From: Laetmonice hystrix
Lineage: Eukaryota
Direction: 5' to 3'
Assembly (NCBI GenBank): GCA_965235115.1
Contig: OZ249436.1
Coordinates: 29,266,001 to 29,330,000 of the forward strand
Length of the DNA: 64,000 nt
Positions 50,984 through 63,341 of the stretch are shown piece by piece; within the stretch, counting starts at the first letter, position 1, and the number at the start of each line of letters is the position of its first letter. Below the pieces are notes generated by a model. It saw nothing but the letters and a program-made list of their open reading frames with translations, made no database searches and was not told the origin of the DNA. The position numbers and the translations under genes were made by a program.

Positions 50984-52483
50984 TGATGATCAGGTGGCAT
51001 AGGAGTATGGAATAAATTCTATATTCGCTGGGTGCATCAAGGACCACTAGAGCTTCAGGGCCCAAAATTTCCCAAACGGCCCTTTTCAGGGCCACAACCG
51101 ATCACAAAAGAAGAGATAAATGCTTGTGTCTTCATAGCTCTTTATATGCTCTCTACTAACTGATACACGCATATAATAATGGCAAGGCCCATACCTTTCT
51201 GTTTTTTTTCTCTGTTGGCTGCTAGGTCGAAAACAACGACCTAGCAACCATTCACTTCTATGTTAAATTATCGACGTCGTTATTATCGACCTTTGAAAAA
51301 CCGGCCCCTGGCAGGGTAGCATACTGACTTGGGTGCTATACGGTGTATAACGGGTTATATATGTAACAGAGATACATATAATATCGGGCCACGGGTAATA
51401 CATAAGGATATCTGGCAACTCTAAATCACTAGAATTACATATATAATTTAATGTCACATTACCCCAGGACTACTAATTTTGTAAAATTAGTAGTCAGGGG
51501 TACTGACTTCGGTGCTATACGGTGCCTTCATAAGTATGCGGGGTTGATGACTTGGATGCTACGGTGTATTGAGGCGATATAACGTAGTACCGTCCATGTA
51601 ACGTATAGGCCAAGTATCATTGAAGTGATATACGTGAAATATGTACACAATATGTGCAGGCATACGGTACAGTATATATTCCGAGTAGGCCTACGGTATA
51701 TATTCCTTTTATCCCGGATGTTTAAGATCGCTTCTCCCTTCACTAGGGCCAGCCCACCACTAGGTCCAGGTGCTGGCCCTAGTGATGGCTGGCCCTGGTG
51801 CTGCATAGGACTTTACACATGAAGCATGTGGAAAAGAGGTACTGAAATTGGAGTTAAACGTGTTGGAAGGTTCAAACTATATGTACAATTACCTTTGCTT
51901 CCCCTAATGAGTGCTAGGGAAGATACAGCTAAAACATATTTACTGGAATGGGCAAGTTAGAGCGGAGTCGCACCTCCCTTCACTAGGGCTGCCCTAGTGG
52001 TGCGCAACACGCGGGCCAGCGCACCACTAGGGCCAGCACCCGGACCTAGTGATGGGACTGGCCCGCGCGCTGCGCGGGCCAGCTCACCACTAGGTCCGCA
52101 ACATGACCACCACCTTTTCATGGTGGTGACAATCAATAGGCAATTTCTTGCACGTGGTTTAGCAGCGCCTCTAGTGAGCTGTATCAGAAGACGAGTCCGT
52201 GTATCTATTTTCTCATACATAGAAGGTCTAGGCCTATCTCTAGGCCTAATCAATGCATTACGTTTTCAAATATTTTAGATAATTAAAAATAGGCCTATAT
52301 TATTTTTATGATGTGCAGTTAAAACCTTCTAGGCTCCTTATATAATATTCGACGCAACTTCGGTGAGAAATGTGTTCTACCAGGAAGCTTACACACAACT
52401 GTAGGCCTACAAGTAGGCCTATAGGCCTACTTAGTAGTCGTGACAAGGGGCGATCAATCGACGCTCCTCAGTCATCTGAGATT

Positions 52484-54101
52484 TAAAGGCCTAGACACAC
52501 ATTGGCGTCAAGAGGCAAGCGTGAAGCGTCAAGCGTCATTTCGAAAATGACGCTCTGAATGCTCAGTATGGAAGCGTTGTTTTTTGATGCGCCGCCCATA
52601 TATGTGAACGGTGTAATAGAAAACCATACTGAGCCACGGTCTAGGCCTTTAGGCCATGTGTGTCTAGGCCTTTAGGCCTAGACACGCATGGGCGTCAAGC
52701 GGCAAGCGTCCAGCGTCATGACGCTTTGAATGTTCACTATATGGTTTTCTATAAAGGCCTCCACACACTTCAAGGGCAGTTCACGTCGCGATTTGACGTC
52801 GCGTGAAACGCCCGGCGTAACCACTGGGCGTTTCACCGTGCGATAAATGGTTCCCACTTGCGCGGAAAACGCACGCGGTCATCGCTGGCTGTTTGCAAAA
52901 TGGCAAAATGCAAAATGCAATATGTCATACTGTTTCTGTGCATTTTTATAGGAGGGACATTGTTTGTCGTATAGGCAGGTATTCTTCTCGGTTTCCACTA
53001 TCAACTGTTCGGTTTTCTCATCCTCTTCCTTCCGCCCCATCCTGCTGGCTGAGCACTAGATGGTAAAATGGAATACAGATCACCCTGGGATCATCAGGTG
53101 CAAGGTGGTGTGACCACAGAATGATGATACTGGATGCCTATTGGCTGAATGGATGATCGGTTGAGGCAACACGCCGCGTGATACGCCCAGAAACCTATTC
53201 TGAAGGCCTCCACACACTTGGGCAGTTCACGCCGCGATTTGACGTCGCGTGAAACGCCTGGCGTAACCACTGGGCGTTTCGTCGTGCGATAAATGGTTCC
53301 CACCTGCGCGGAAAACGCACGCGGTCATCGCTGGCTGTTTGCAAAATGGCAAAATGCAATATGTCATACTGTTTCTGTGCATCTTTATAAGAGGGACATT
53401 GTTTGCAGTAGGCTATAGGCAGGGATTCTTCTCGGTTTCCACTATCAACTGTTCGGTTTTCTGGTCCTGTTCCTTCCGCCCCATATCCTGCTGGCTACTA
53501 GATGGTAAAATGGAATACAGATCACCCTGGGATCATCAGGTGCAAGGTGGTCTGACCACAGATACTCGATGCCTATTGGCTGAATGGATGATCGGTCGAG
53601 GCAACACGCCGCGTGATACGCACAGAAACCTGTCCTGAGGTTTCGGTCATTTCACGCTGCGGTCGCAATGCGTGTTTTTTTACCGCCAAGCCGAAGTGTG
53701 TGGTTTCAAATTGTAATTCTATTATGGGTTACAACGCGTTTTCGCGACGCGTTTCACGCGACGTCAAATCGCGGCGTGAACTGCCCAAGTGTGTGGAGAC
53801 CTTAAGGTTTCGGTCATTTCACGCTGCGGTCGCAATGCGTGCTTTTTTACGCCAAGCCGAAGTGTGTGGTTTCTTATTGTAATTCTATTATGGGTTACAA
53901 CGCGTTTTCGCGACGCGTTTCACGCGACGTCTCGCGGCGTGAACTGCCCAAGTGTGTGGAGGCCTTTAGGCTACACCGTTCACATATGGGCGGCGCGTCA
54001 AAAAACAACGCTTCCATACTGAGCATTCAGAGCGTCATTTTCAAAATGACGCTTGACGCTCGACGCTTGCCTCTTGACGCCCATGTGTGTCTAGGCCTTT
54101 A
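52484..54101. mobile_element. Foldback MITE complex: outer AAGGCCTAGACACAC element enclosing an internally duplicated AAGGCCTCCACACAC element (52752-53968)
   Basis: ~130-bp inverted arms at 52484-52615 and 53972-54101. ~440-bp tandem duplicate (52754-, 53203-) and duplicated right ends (~53638-53801, ~53805-53968). Confidence 0.8.
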
Positions 54102-54305
54102 AAGCGTCATGTCGCCTCGTGACGCGAGGTGAGCAGTGTCAACCAGGTGTTGAGGTCCACCGATGTGTCACATCATAGGCCTACCGGCGAGGTGGGCCGA
54201 AAGAAGAGGGTGTAAACCGAGTGTTGAGGTCCACCGAGGTTGATGAGGTGCACAAGCGAGTGGCGGTATTGGTAGACAGCCGAGGTGAGCCGGGGCTGTC
54301 TACTA

Positions 54306-55908
54306 AAGGCCCGGCCACACAGAGCCGACTACCCCCGACCCGATGGTCTGGGGGAGTCGAGTCGGGGGTAGTCGGCCCTGTCTGGCATGGTCAGTCGGCC
54401 GTAGTCGGGTGTTTTTCACCGACTGACCAGTCCGGTCGTTCATCTTGTCCTGCACAAGATGAGCGACCAAACGGGTTGGTCTGGTCGGGCCTAGTCGGGC
54501 TTGTGTGGCGTACCTCGCCAATCACAGCGCGCACCATACAAACGCTACTCCCAAGATACCCTGCGAGCGGGACAACACAAACAACATGGCGGAGTGGGAA
54601 CTACCGCTAGGGGAATGAATAGTTACAATAGTAGGCCTATATATACTGGTCACGAGTGGTGTCGCAGGCCCGTAGGCTGGTCTGAAAATGGGTGGGTTAC
54701 CTATCAGGGGCGGATCCAGGCTTTTCATAACGGGGGGAGGGGTGCTATGGAAAAAGGGCACTTTCTCCCCCCCCCCCCCCAGTGAGTATAGCCTAAACAG
54801 TCAAATAAAAGTGGCATAGGCCTATAGACCTATGCACATATCAACAGCGCCGTAGTTAGTTAGAAATGTCTGAGTGTGGGGGCAGTCAGAGGCGAATCCA
54901 TGAATTTGGTAAAGGTGATGTCCCCCATGGGTGCGAGCGCCGAAGGCGCGAAGCCATGAAGGGGGGTCTGGGGGCTCTCCCCGAGAAAAAAATTTAAATT
55001 AGGCCTACAGTGCCAAATACGCGATGTAGACCAGCCTTTATGGCTATAATAAGCCTAGACAATTGGACATTTAGATTTTAAATATCTTTCGTAAAAATAA
55101 AAAGGGCACTTGAGGGGGAGAGAAAAGGGGTGCACTGCTTATAGTGAAATGAGTTCCATAAATTTGTATGGGGTGGATCCAGAGCTGTTTCTTGACCATG
55201 CACTGATATTGAAACTGGTTTCCAATACCAGTGGTTCCAACGTTTAAGAATGTAGGGTGGTCCGGGGGCATGCCCCCCCCCGGCAGGAGTGAAATGGTGC
55301 ATTCTGGGGGCATTTTGGCCATGTTTCAGAAATCTGAGAGCAATAGTACTGAGGCACAGTATAGGCCTACAAGGAATCTCTTTAGATTTTTAGATTGGGA
55401 AGTAACCCCCCCCCCCCCCGGGTGGTTCTCGCCCCTTCTGAGATACCAGTGGCAGTGCAGTTCTGCCCCTGGTCAGGTCATATTGAATATGGGCGTGCTA
55501 GGGGGGGTCTGCATCTGGGGTCCGGGACATGTTCCCCCAGAAAAAAATGAAAAATTGGAGGCCTAACAACCATACATCTGGGGTATTTTCAATTGGCAGG
55601 GCATATTTGTGCCCCCTCCCCCAACTGAAATATCGGTCCCACGCCCCTGGGCAGACCTTTTTATCTTGACTAGGCGGACCTTGGCTGGCTCTGCGGGTAT
55701 AGTTACGAGTAACCCAAGTAACCCCCCCCCCCCCCCCAGCCTGCGGGCCTGTGTCGCTAGTGTGGCATCCCACTCCCGACTTTCGGATCGCATTCAGTGT
55801 GGCATGGTTGGGCATATATATCAGACTGACTGAGTAGTTGGCCGATTTGGACTCCCCCGGCCTCCGACCATCGGGTTGGGGGTAGTCGGCTCTGTGTGGC
55901 CGGGCCTT
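54306..55908. mobile_element. TIR element with TA flanks containing several CAGGGGCGGATCC-type MITE pieces
   Basis: TA|AAGGCCCGGCCACACAGAGCCGACTACCCCC...GGGGGTAGTCGGCTCTGTGTGGCCGGGCCTT|TA. Confidence 0.85.
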
Positions 55909-58900
55909 TATACCGAAACGAGCGATCCCATAGAGGTATCTACTTTTTATAGGCTATAGGCCTATCCTACATATCGTGCTGCCCCCTTGTGTGAATGAAT
56001 GAATGAATTCATAACCTTTATTGAACATCACTTAGATCTACATACCATAGGCGTAAGAAGCTCTTTTTGGTTGGGGGGGGGGGGGGGGGCTGAAGGTTGG
56101 CGTGATAATCCATGCCCACCGTAGCGCGGGCTGTGGCGGGGAGGCCTGGGGGCCCTCCCCCAAAAGGAATGCCGGAGATGCGTTTTCTGAGCATTCTGAG
56201 CATCTCCGAGCAAAAATCGTCCAAGAAGGCACCCAAATGTTTGGGGGGGGGGGGGGGGGCTGAAACACACTTCAGCCCCCCACTTTTGATATTGGGGCCG
56301 GGGGGGGGGGGGCTGACGCCCCCCCTGCCCCCCGGTTCCTATGCCTATCGGTTAAGTATTTTGTTCAAAGCACGGATAGGTAACAACATATTTACAACAA
56401 AGTACAAATATCAAAAACGATTGTTGGCTGGTATGTAGGCCTACACTTCGGGGATTTTACAGGAAGATGGTTATCAGGGAATAAATCAGGGATCCCATGA
56501 CTCTACTCAATGGACTCTACTGTGTGTGGCGCCATCTGGTGTTGTATCTGGTTAGCATCACCTGCAGGACGTCCCCTGGTGGCCGTTAATACGGTAACTT
56601 GGCTTGGGGAGGGGTGAGAGGTTTTTAAGTTGGGATTTAGGTTTATAGGGTTATACTTCAGGGTATAGGTTTACTCTAGGGTATAGGTTTATAGGTTTAC
56701 AAGTTACTCCTTATCTTCACAATGCTACCTAGGCCTATAAAGGCCCCTATAGCCTGCACTGTGTTTGCATAGACTCTAATGGCATTTCAATATGAAGGTG
56801 AATTTTTCTATAGCCCCCCCCCCTAGTGTTAGATCTAAAGGTTCGAAATTCAGGAAAGGCTACCTCATGAAGCATTTTGTTCTGGCACTTTGAATTTTTT
56901 TTGCAGTTCATTACTAAGTGGAGTTCATCCTCAATGTGTTTGTATGTTCGAGGGTCCTGAGTTTGTTTCCATCACTGTTGGGTCTTTCATCTTAGAGGTC
57001 CATTCTGAGTTGCCTATCATAGAGAGCCTATCATTAATTTTGTCTCGGGCCATTTTTATCGTCGGTGACAGTGTCATATATTCGTCTAATGTTGTGTTAT
57101 TAGGCCACCCATGCCTCATTTATTTATGGTTTCCTGTACTGATTTTAACCAACACGTGGTTCGAAAATGATAATGGCCATAGACGTGGCGTAGGCCTGCA
57201 TAGATCTATATGTGATAGCATGATGCAGCGACCTGACCTGGGCCCATATGCATGAAACCTGTCTAACTTAGCTGCTTATTAGGTATTACACTAGATCTAT
57301 AGGCCTTAGTAAACTTCCAAATCCGAAGTTTCATTCTTAGTAGTTGACTACTAAATTTGAATTCACAAAACTTTACTAGGAACATTTCTAGGTAGTTAAT
57401 AACTAATAAGGAACCCTAAGCTGTAAACCAGACAGCACAGGTCAAATCACACAAGCGTTGATTTTGATGCCAAATTGAATAGGTTGCATAGGTGGGGGTA
57501 GATCGAATGGTTCATGTCACTGTAAGTGTTAGGCTTACTGTGCACAGGCGGCAAATAAAGTATAAGCAATAATAGGCCTAGATAGTGATTCTCTGGAATA
57601 CTAGAGACTGCCCAGCTAGAAATGCTGGGGTGTAGATATGTTTTGTGTGAACCTTTCAAGCAGGAAAAAAGTAAAATTACTTCTCTCTTTAAATGAATTG
57701 AAGATAGGCCTATCTTCAAATAAATTGAAGATAGGCCTAGCTATCTTATATTTGAAGAGATCTGTAATTGCTGAATAAAAGTAGGCCTACCAATTAACGG
57801 CGTCCCATAGTTACGGGCCTATGTTTTGGATTAATTTTCAATAGGCCGAGGCCTACACACTTAAAAATACCTAGTCAAATATGACGGGAAACGGATCAAA
57901 TTTGATCAGATCAACATTTTGTCAATCGCCGGGGCACCTGCACTACTCGGATACGGGACTTGAAATCTGATCACCCTATTCTCTTTTGATGCTATATATG
58001 TGAAAACTAATAAAACTTCTCATCAAAATAACACGTTTCTAGTTTTAAAAAGTTGATCAGGCGATCTGGTTAAAAAAAGAAGATATTATTAGATTTTTGT
58101 AGAGTGTCCAGGTGCGGTTCCTGCACTCGTGATAATATTTTTTTAACTGTGCATTCCCGCCACACAGTAATTAATGACTTCTCCCTTGGTCGAGCATCGG
58201 TGACCTACATCCGGGCCGCTGAAGCGTTGGCCATCACCGAAACGAAAGATAACAAGGCGTCGAAGAAGTCGGTTAAACGATCGATGCATGTACAAGATAT
58301 ATAACTACAGGCGGGGAAAAACGACCATCAGAGTGTAAGTTATTGTGATCTTTAACGTAAAACATGTCGTCTAACCGATGAGTGTCGTTTACGCCTGTAA
58401 AAAGCCGTCGATCTGTACCGGCAACGCGTTCGGTTTGCGAACGGTGACCGCGGAGACATGCTTTCGAGGCGCCGGGAATGCTGTGCTCATTAGCATATTT
58501 TACTCCTTTGTGTGGTGGAGTGTACTCGTCGGTACCAAGACGGTCGTTAATGATTTGTATGTATGCCGTCGCACATACGGTCGTCTGGTTCGTGTAAAAC
58601 TAAGATCTTTTGACAATGTGCTGTTGAAAAATGGAATTTTGCAGTTATCATCACAATGCATGAAGTAGATTTTCTCGTCTACCTAGAAGTGATTGAGCAT
58701 GATTTTTACGGCCATTTTTACAGCAACGTGGTCGTGGACCAACGGCCACGGAGCAAGTCTTGAGGAGATCGAGGCTTTGCACTGGGGTGCACTGTGCGGT
58801 GGCCTTCTCTCGTGGCCACCGCAAACCCCTCCAGTTGGGGGACAGGCCTATCCCTACTCTCACTGTCTTTTTTTTAGGCTAATGCACAAAGGGGTTCCAC

Positions 58901-59208
58901 TGCCCTCCCCAAACTCGAGAGCCCCCATTTAAAAAAAAAATCAAGGTTGATACCTAATGATAGTGACCTAACTAGACTCTACTCACATCCTAGATTAGGC
59001 CTACTTCCCCACAACTGCTCTTCATCATACCTAAGTTCAGTAAACACACCCTTTTATAGCCTATCGGTGATTTTGTTGTTGCATGTATCGGTCGTTTTAG
59101 TCGCGCTCATCGAGCCAACATGCCAAAAAGCTCAGCCTATAGCCAGGCTAGTTAGAAGTACACTGACAGTGCTATCGTCAATGCTATTAAGGAAATACCA
59201 TCCTCCCA

Positions 59209-59392
59209 CAGGGGCGGATCTAGGGTCTTCATTCAGGGGGGGTCCGAGGGGGGTCCAGCATAAAAAGGGCAAATCGAGGGGGGATCCGTTGTAAAAACAA
59301 TAAGGCATTTTGGTTATAAAAAATTTGGCAAATTTGAGGGAAGGGGGGGGGGGGTCCGGACGTCGCCGACATCCCCCCTGGATCCGCCTATG
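59209..59392. mobile_element. hAT5-like MITE (CAGGGGCGGATC family)
   Basis: CAGGGGCGGATCTAGG...CCTGGATCCGCCTATG. 5-bp TSD TCCCA. Confidence 0.8.
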
Positions 59393-61426
59393 TCCCACGC
59401 TCAGGGTTGAACTGCTTCCATTCCACCCCTCACGTCTGCCTGTTGTCACCGGAGAGTATATCACAGTGTCAGGGTTTCATACAGAGGGGGGGACGCCCGT
59501 CCCCCCCATTAATTTTTTTCTCGCGTGAGTGTCATCTGCTTACGACCTAATAATTCGCCATGTTTTTAGAGACGGACCAGTCAGGCGTGATTAGCTTGCA
59601 TTTCTGGTTAGTCAATAGGTTCATCCCGAGGGTTATTGTGGTCGAAGCAGGATGGCGAAGCCAACGATGGCAGCAATGGGTAGAGGCATTAAATCCTGAC
59701 AGTGGGAAGAACAACTTTGAAGTGGACAGGGCTTCAAGAACACACACTAACTAACAGTAACAGGGTTAGAAATTAGGCCAAATAGTCTAGGAGCCAGCTG
59801 GGCTCCCAGATTTTAAATTCTGGGAGCCCAGCTGGCAAGAAATGGGGGGGGGGGGGCAGAATTAGATGTAAGGAATACAGTTCTAAGTAGCAATGCCAAT
59901 GAGGGACTTCACACTCCTTGAGACGCATGCGCAACGGCGGTCCTCTTGCCTACACATTAGTATGACGTTAGATGGGACGACGAAATGGTAATCTGTGGCA
60001 GGATGTTTTTAGACTATTTGTTATGAAAAATAATAACCTGATAGGCTTCACCATGTTGTAGAACTCCTAAACGTACCATAATATTTCACAGCAAATAGCT
60101 CGACGGCACCCAGCGATAGATTAGCATTTCGTCGACCTATCTAACATCATAATAATGTGGGCCCAAGGGGGCCGGGTAGATAGTGCTGCCGCCGGCCCGC
60201 CAGGCGGAAAAGACAGTAACAAAGTCCCTCATAAATATAAACACAGCACATGGCGGATTTAGGGGGCCTAGGGGGCAGGGTTTTGCCCCCCCCCCATACT
60301 GAGTGACCCTTGCCAGCCCTCGACATAAAGCACTAAATCGCTGTAATTTTTGTAAATCACTGGCCCAACCGGGCCAGTAACTTTCATTACATTTCATAGA
60401 GCAATATGCTTTTGGAACGTACCAGTATTAGTCCTGTGCACCTGTAGTACTTTTAATGCATCCAGCAGCATGCATAGACTCTATGATAGACGCCCCATAC
60501 CCGGGCCAGTGGACAAATTACCTGGGCCAGTAACTTTCAGTACATCAAAATGCTTAATGTCGAGGGCTGCTTGCCCATGTCAGGTAGCTATGGATCCATT
60601 CATCCACCCATACACCTGTGCCCCCCGCCCCCCCCCCCCCCAAGAAAAAAAAAAGGGAAATTTGGGAACAGTATGTAAACCAACACTGCCTGGATGTGGT
60701 CCCCCCATACACTTACTTAGTCTGTTCCCCCCCCCCCCCCCCATATACTTACTTAGCTATTCTCAACGAATTTGCATCAATTGAAAGAATGACCAAAATA
60801 CCTGTACGGTATAAAGGTCAGAGACTCCCCATTTGGCAGCTCTAGGATTCTCATGTCTGAGATGGTGTTCAGCTGCCAGCTGCAGCGAAGACATGCTAAA
60901 ATCAGGGGAGATAAAATTTGGAATTTTGCGTGTTAAACCGTATATAAAGTCAAGAGGCCTACAAACTGTATTGTCAGGGAAGGATGCATAAATTTGTCTA
61001 TCAGGAAACTGGGCGAGGCAAAAGCATGCTCTCAGGCATTTTCCTGACGGGGAAGACCATTTTGTGTTAGTGGCGAGTCTATGACGCCGATGCCAGGTCC
61101 CATTAGGCCCCCAAAAATAGATTCATTTCTTGAATGCAGCATGCCCGATGCCCCTTGACAGTTCAAGATGAGGAAATGCCTGATGACACGGGTAGATGAA
61201 AACCTTGGCTGCTATTGCTAAGCCTAAGTTGATAAGTTACCATTGTTCTGGATTTTGCTGTGATAAATTTAGAAATGTACATGTTTTGATGTTGATCAAC
61301 CATTTCCATGTTTTTCAGTGCGGAGAACTTCAGTAATATCTCCTCAAGGAACTACCTTTCACGTTTACTACAAAGAGTGATGCTCTATTCGTTACTGCCA
61401 GGAGGGAAGTTTCTGTGCCTGGAATC

Positions 61427-62329
61427 ATGAAGCCAGACCAAGAGCGGGTTAACAACCTGCTAAGAGATACTGTGACACTTCTGTGTAAAAACGGTCTCAC
61501 GTATAATGATGAACTTCGTGTTGAAGCATTGATAGGCATCACAGTTGATAGCAATGATGTCTTTCTGGTACATATCAATGAAAAGTTTGGACCTGGTGGG
61601 GAGAACAAAACAAGTAATGGTGATAGAGAAGTCTGTAAAGAAACTTCCAAAGACAATGCTCGGCCAGCGAGTAACAGTAGTGGGAGGGAGTGTGCGGCGG
61701 AAACGCCTGAACCCTCCCCAGCAGTCAGTGACAGGCTACAAAGGACGCTTAGCGTGGACAGCAGTTCGCTGTCTAGTCCCCAGGGGGCAGTCACGTCACA
61801 AATGGACCTCTCAAAAGTGAAGCTTGAAGCTGTAGACAGTGATGAAGAATGTGTTGTTGTGAAATCCCCAGGAATAGTAGCAAAACAGGCAAACATGATC
61901 GCCGGTCAGCGGCGAGTATTACATCGACCAAGCTCGTATTCTTCACCGTCCCATTCAAGCCTCCATGTGAACCAAGATGATGCTCATGCAATGCGCAGAC
62001 AGTATAGCCAGGATGTTGCTGGCAGCGAGGGGGCCTACACAGACTACGACCCGGACACAGGAGAACCCCCTATTAAAATTAAAAGACAAGTAGCAGACGA
62101 GGACGACGAGTACGGAGCAGGTTACAGTCAACACATGGACAACAGTCAAGGCAGTGTAGGGACGCATTGGCCTCATGTGGCGGGGATTGGGGACATGGCA
62201 GCACAATCATTCCAAGATTCTGGCGACAGTCAAATGTCAGCATCAGAGGTTTCCATGCCAGGGTGTTCGTCCTGGTCAGTAGGGGGTGGGACACCACGAA
62301 GTATGATGCCTCATCAAGGATCCGATATG
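61427..62329 (+). CDS. Large coding exon (301 codons) of an uncharacterised probable nuclear protein; the gene continues beyond the window
   Basis: Acceptor TTTTTCAG at 61318, ATG at 61427 and phase-0 donor ATG|GTAGGT at 62330. Compact N-terminal domain MKPDQERVNNLLRDTVTLLCKNGLTYNDELRVEALIGITVDSNDVFLVHINE, then a Ser-rich disordered region with VKLE and PPIKIKR motifs. Confidence 0.85.
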
Positions 62330-63052
62330 GTAGGTGTCTCTTTTCTTTTTTTCCTTACTATTATGGGAACTGATGTTCAAAGTGACCAATATAAAGAAAA
62401 GTCTGGTGTACATTCTGTATAAAAAAATTAATGAAAGTTGATGGTGTACCTGTATCAAAATTTTATGTTTATTTTTTACACTCTTCAGAGTTCCAATTTT
62501 AACAGAATTTCAGGCTAAAACTGTCTCAGCATATGATTTTGCCATGGCAGGACAAATGACATTTTGACATACAATTTGTGCAATTACTGTATAGTGAATA
62601 AGGCTCAATAACAAAAAAAAACCATGCAATTTAAAAACAAATTCCTAATCTTAAAAACTTATTTTTTGTGCAAAACACTTTTTCTGCATTCAAACAAGCT
62701 GTTGAAAATTATTAAACAAACACGATAATGAAAACAGGAATACTAGTGAATGAATACTAGTGAATGTTTGTGTGGAGCTGCAAGTCATGAAAATAGGTGC
62801 GTGGCCTTTTCTCCTAGTTTAGGACTGTGTAACAGATGCCACCAGCTTCACCACAGCTGCACTTAATTGCCCCCTCCAGGAGAAAGGCTGCAAAATATTT
62901 AAAACTGGTCAGTACAGATGGCTTCCACACAGCTGTTTGAGACAATGATTGGCAGATAATTTATACTTGGCTTGGAGCAGAGTTGATCAACATGATGAGA
63001 ATTTGACATAAATTTCTGAACTAGTGTGGGCAGCCCAAGCAGAAAAGTTTAA

Positions 63053-63341
63053 ACCTATCAGAGAGTATCTCTTATTTCAATGACTCCAAAATGCAGACAT
63101 GGACATTGGTTCATCGCCCGATGAATTTCACTGGCTGTTCAAGTCAGTGCCAGGTAACCAACCAGCCATGAGATGATTGCTAAAATAGCCACAACAGACA
63201 GTTCTGGAATGTTGAATATTATTAGATTTATCCATAATTTTTCTGTGAGTATACATTAATTTACTGATTTATGTAGCCTAAGCCTAACAACCCATGTCTG
63301 TATTTTGAAGTCATTGAAATAAAAGGTACTCTCTGATTGCT
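63053..63341. mobile_element. Kolobok-like MITE, sister of 9465-9896 in the opposite orientation
   Basis: TTAA flanks. Shared TIR ATCAGAGAGTATCTCTTATTTCAATGACTCCAAA and shared internal sequence. Confidence 0.75.

Larger units (their letters stand above)
46350..52103 (+). mobile_element. Ginger-like non-autonomous DNA transposon, 5754 bp, with 412-bp TIRs
   Basis: TGTTGCGGACC...GGTCCGCAACA. Arms 46350-46761 and 51692-52103 are nearly identical. 4-bp TSD TGAC (46346-49, 52104-07). TGT..ACA termini with a 4-bp TSD fit Ginger. Confidence 0.85.

Noticed and set aside
48947..51095. Long minus-strand ORFs (up to 477 aa, MARKMLLSRWSMEDG repeats)
   Set aside because: They arise because the 40-bp unit has no stop codon on the minus strand in any frame. 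Frame-shifting unit variants are tolerated, so there is no sign of coding constraint.
46350..52103. LTR retrotransposon or Polinton interpretation
   Set aside because: The terminal repeats are inverted, not direct. Termini and TSD (TGT..ACA, 4 bp) differ from Polinton (AG..CT, 6 bp), and no gag/pol or polB was found.
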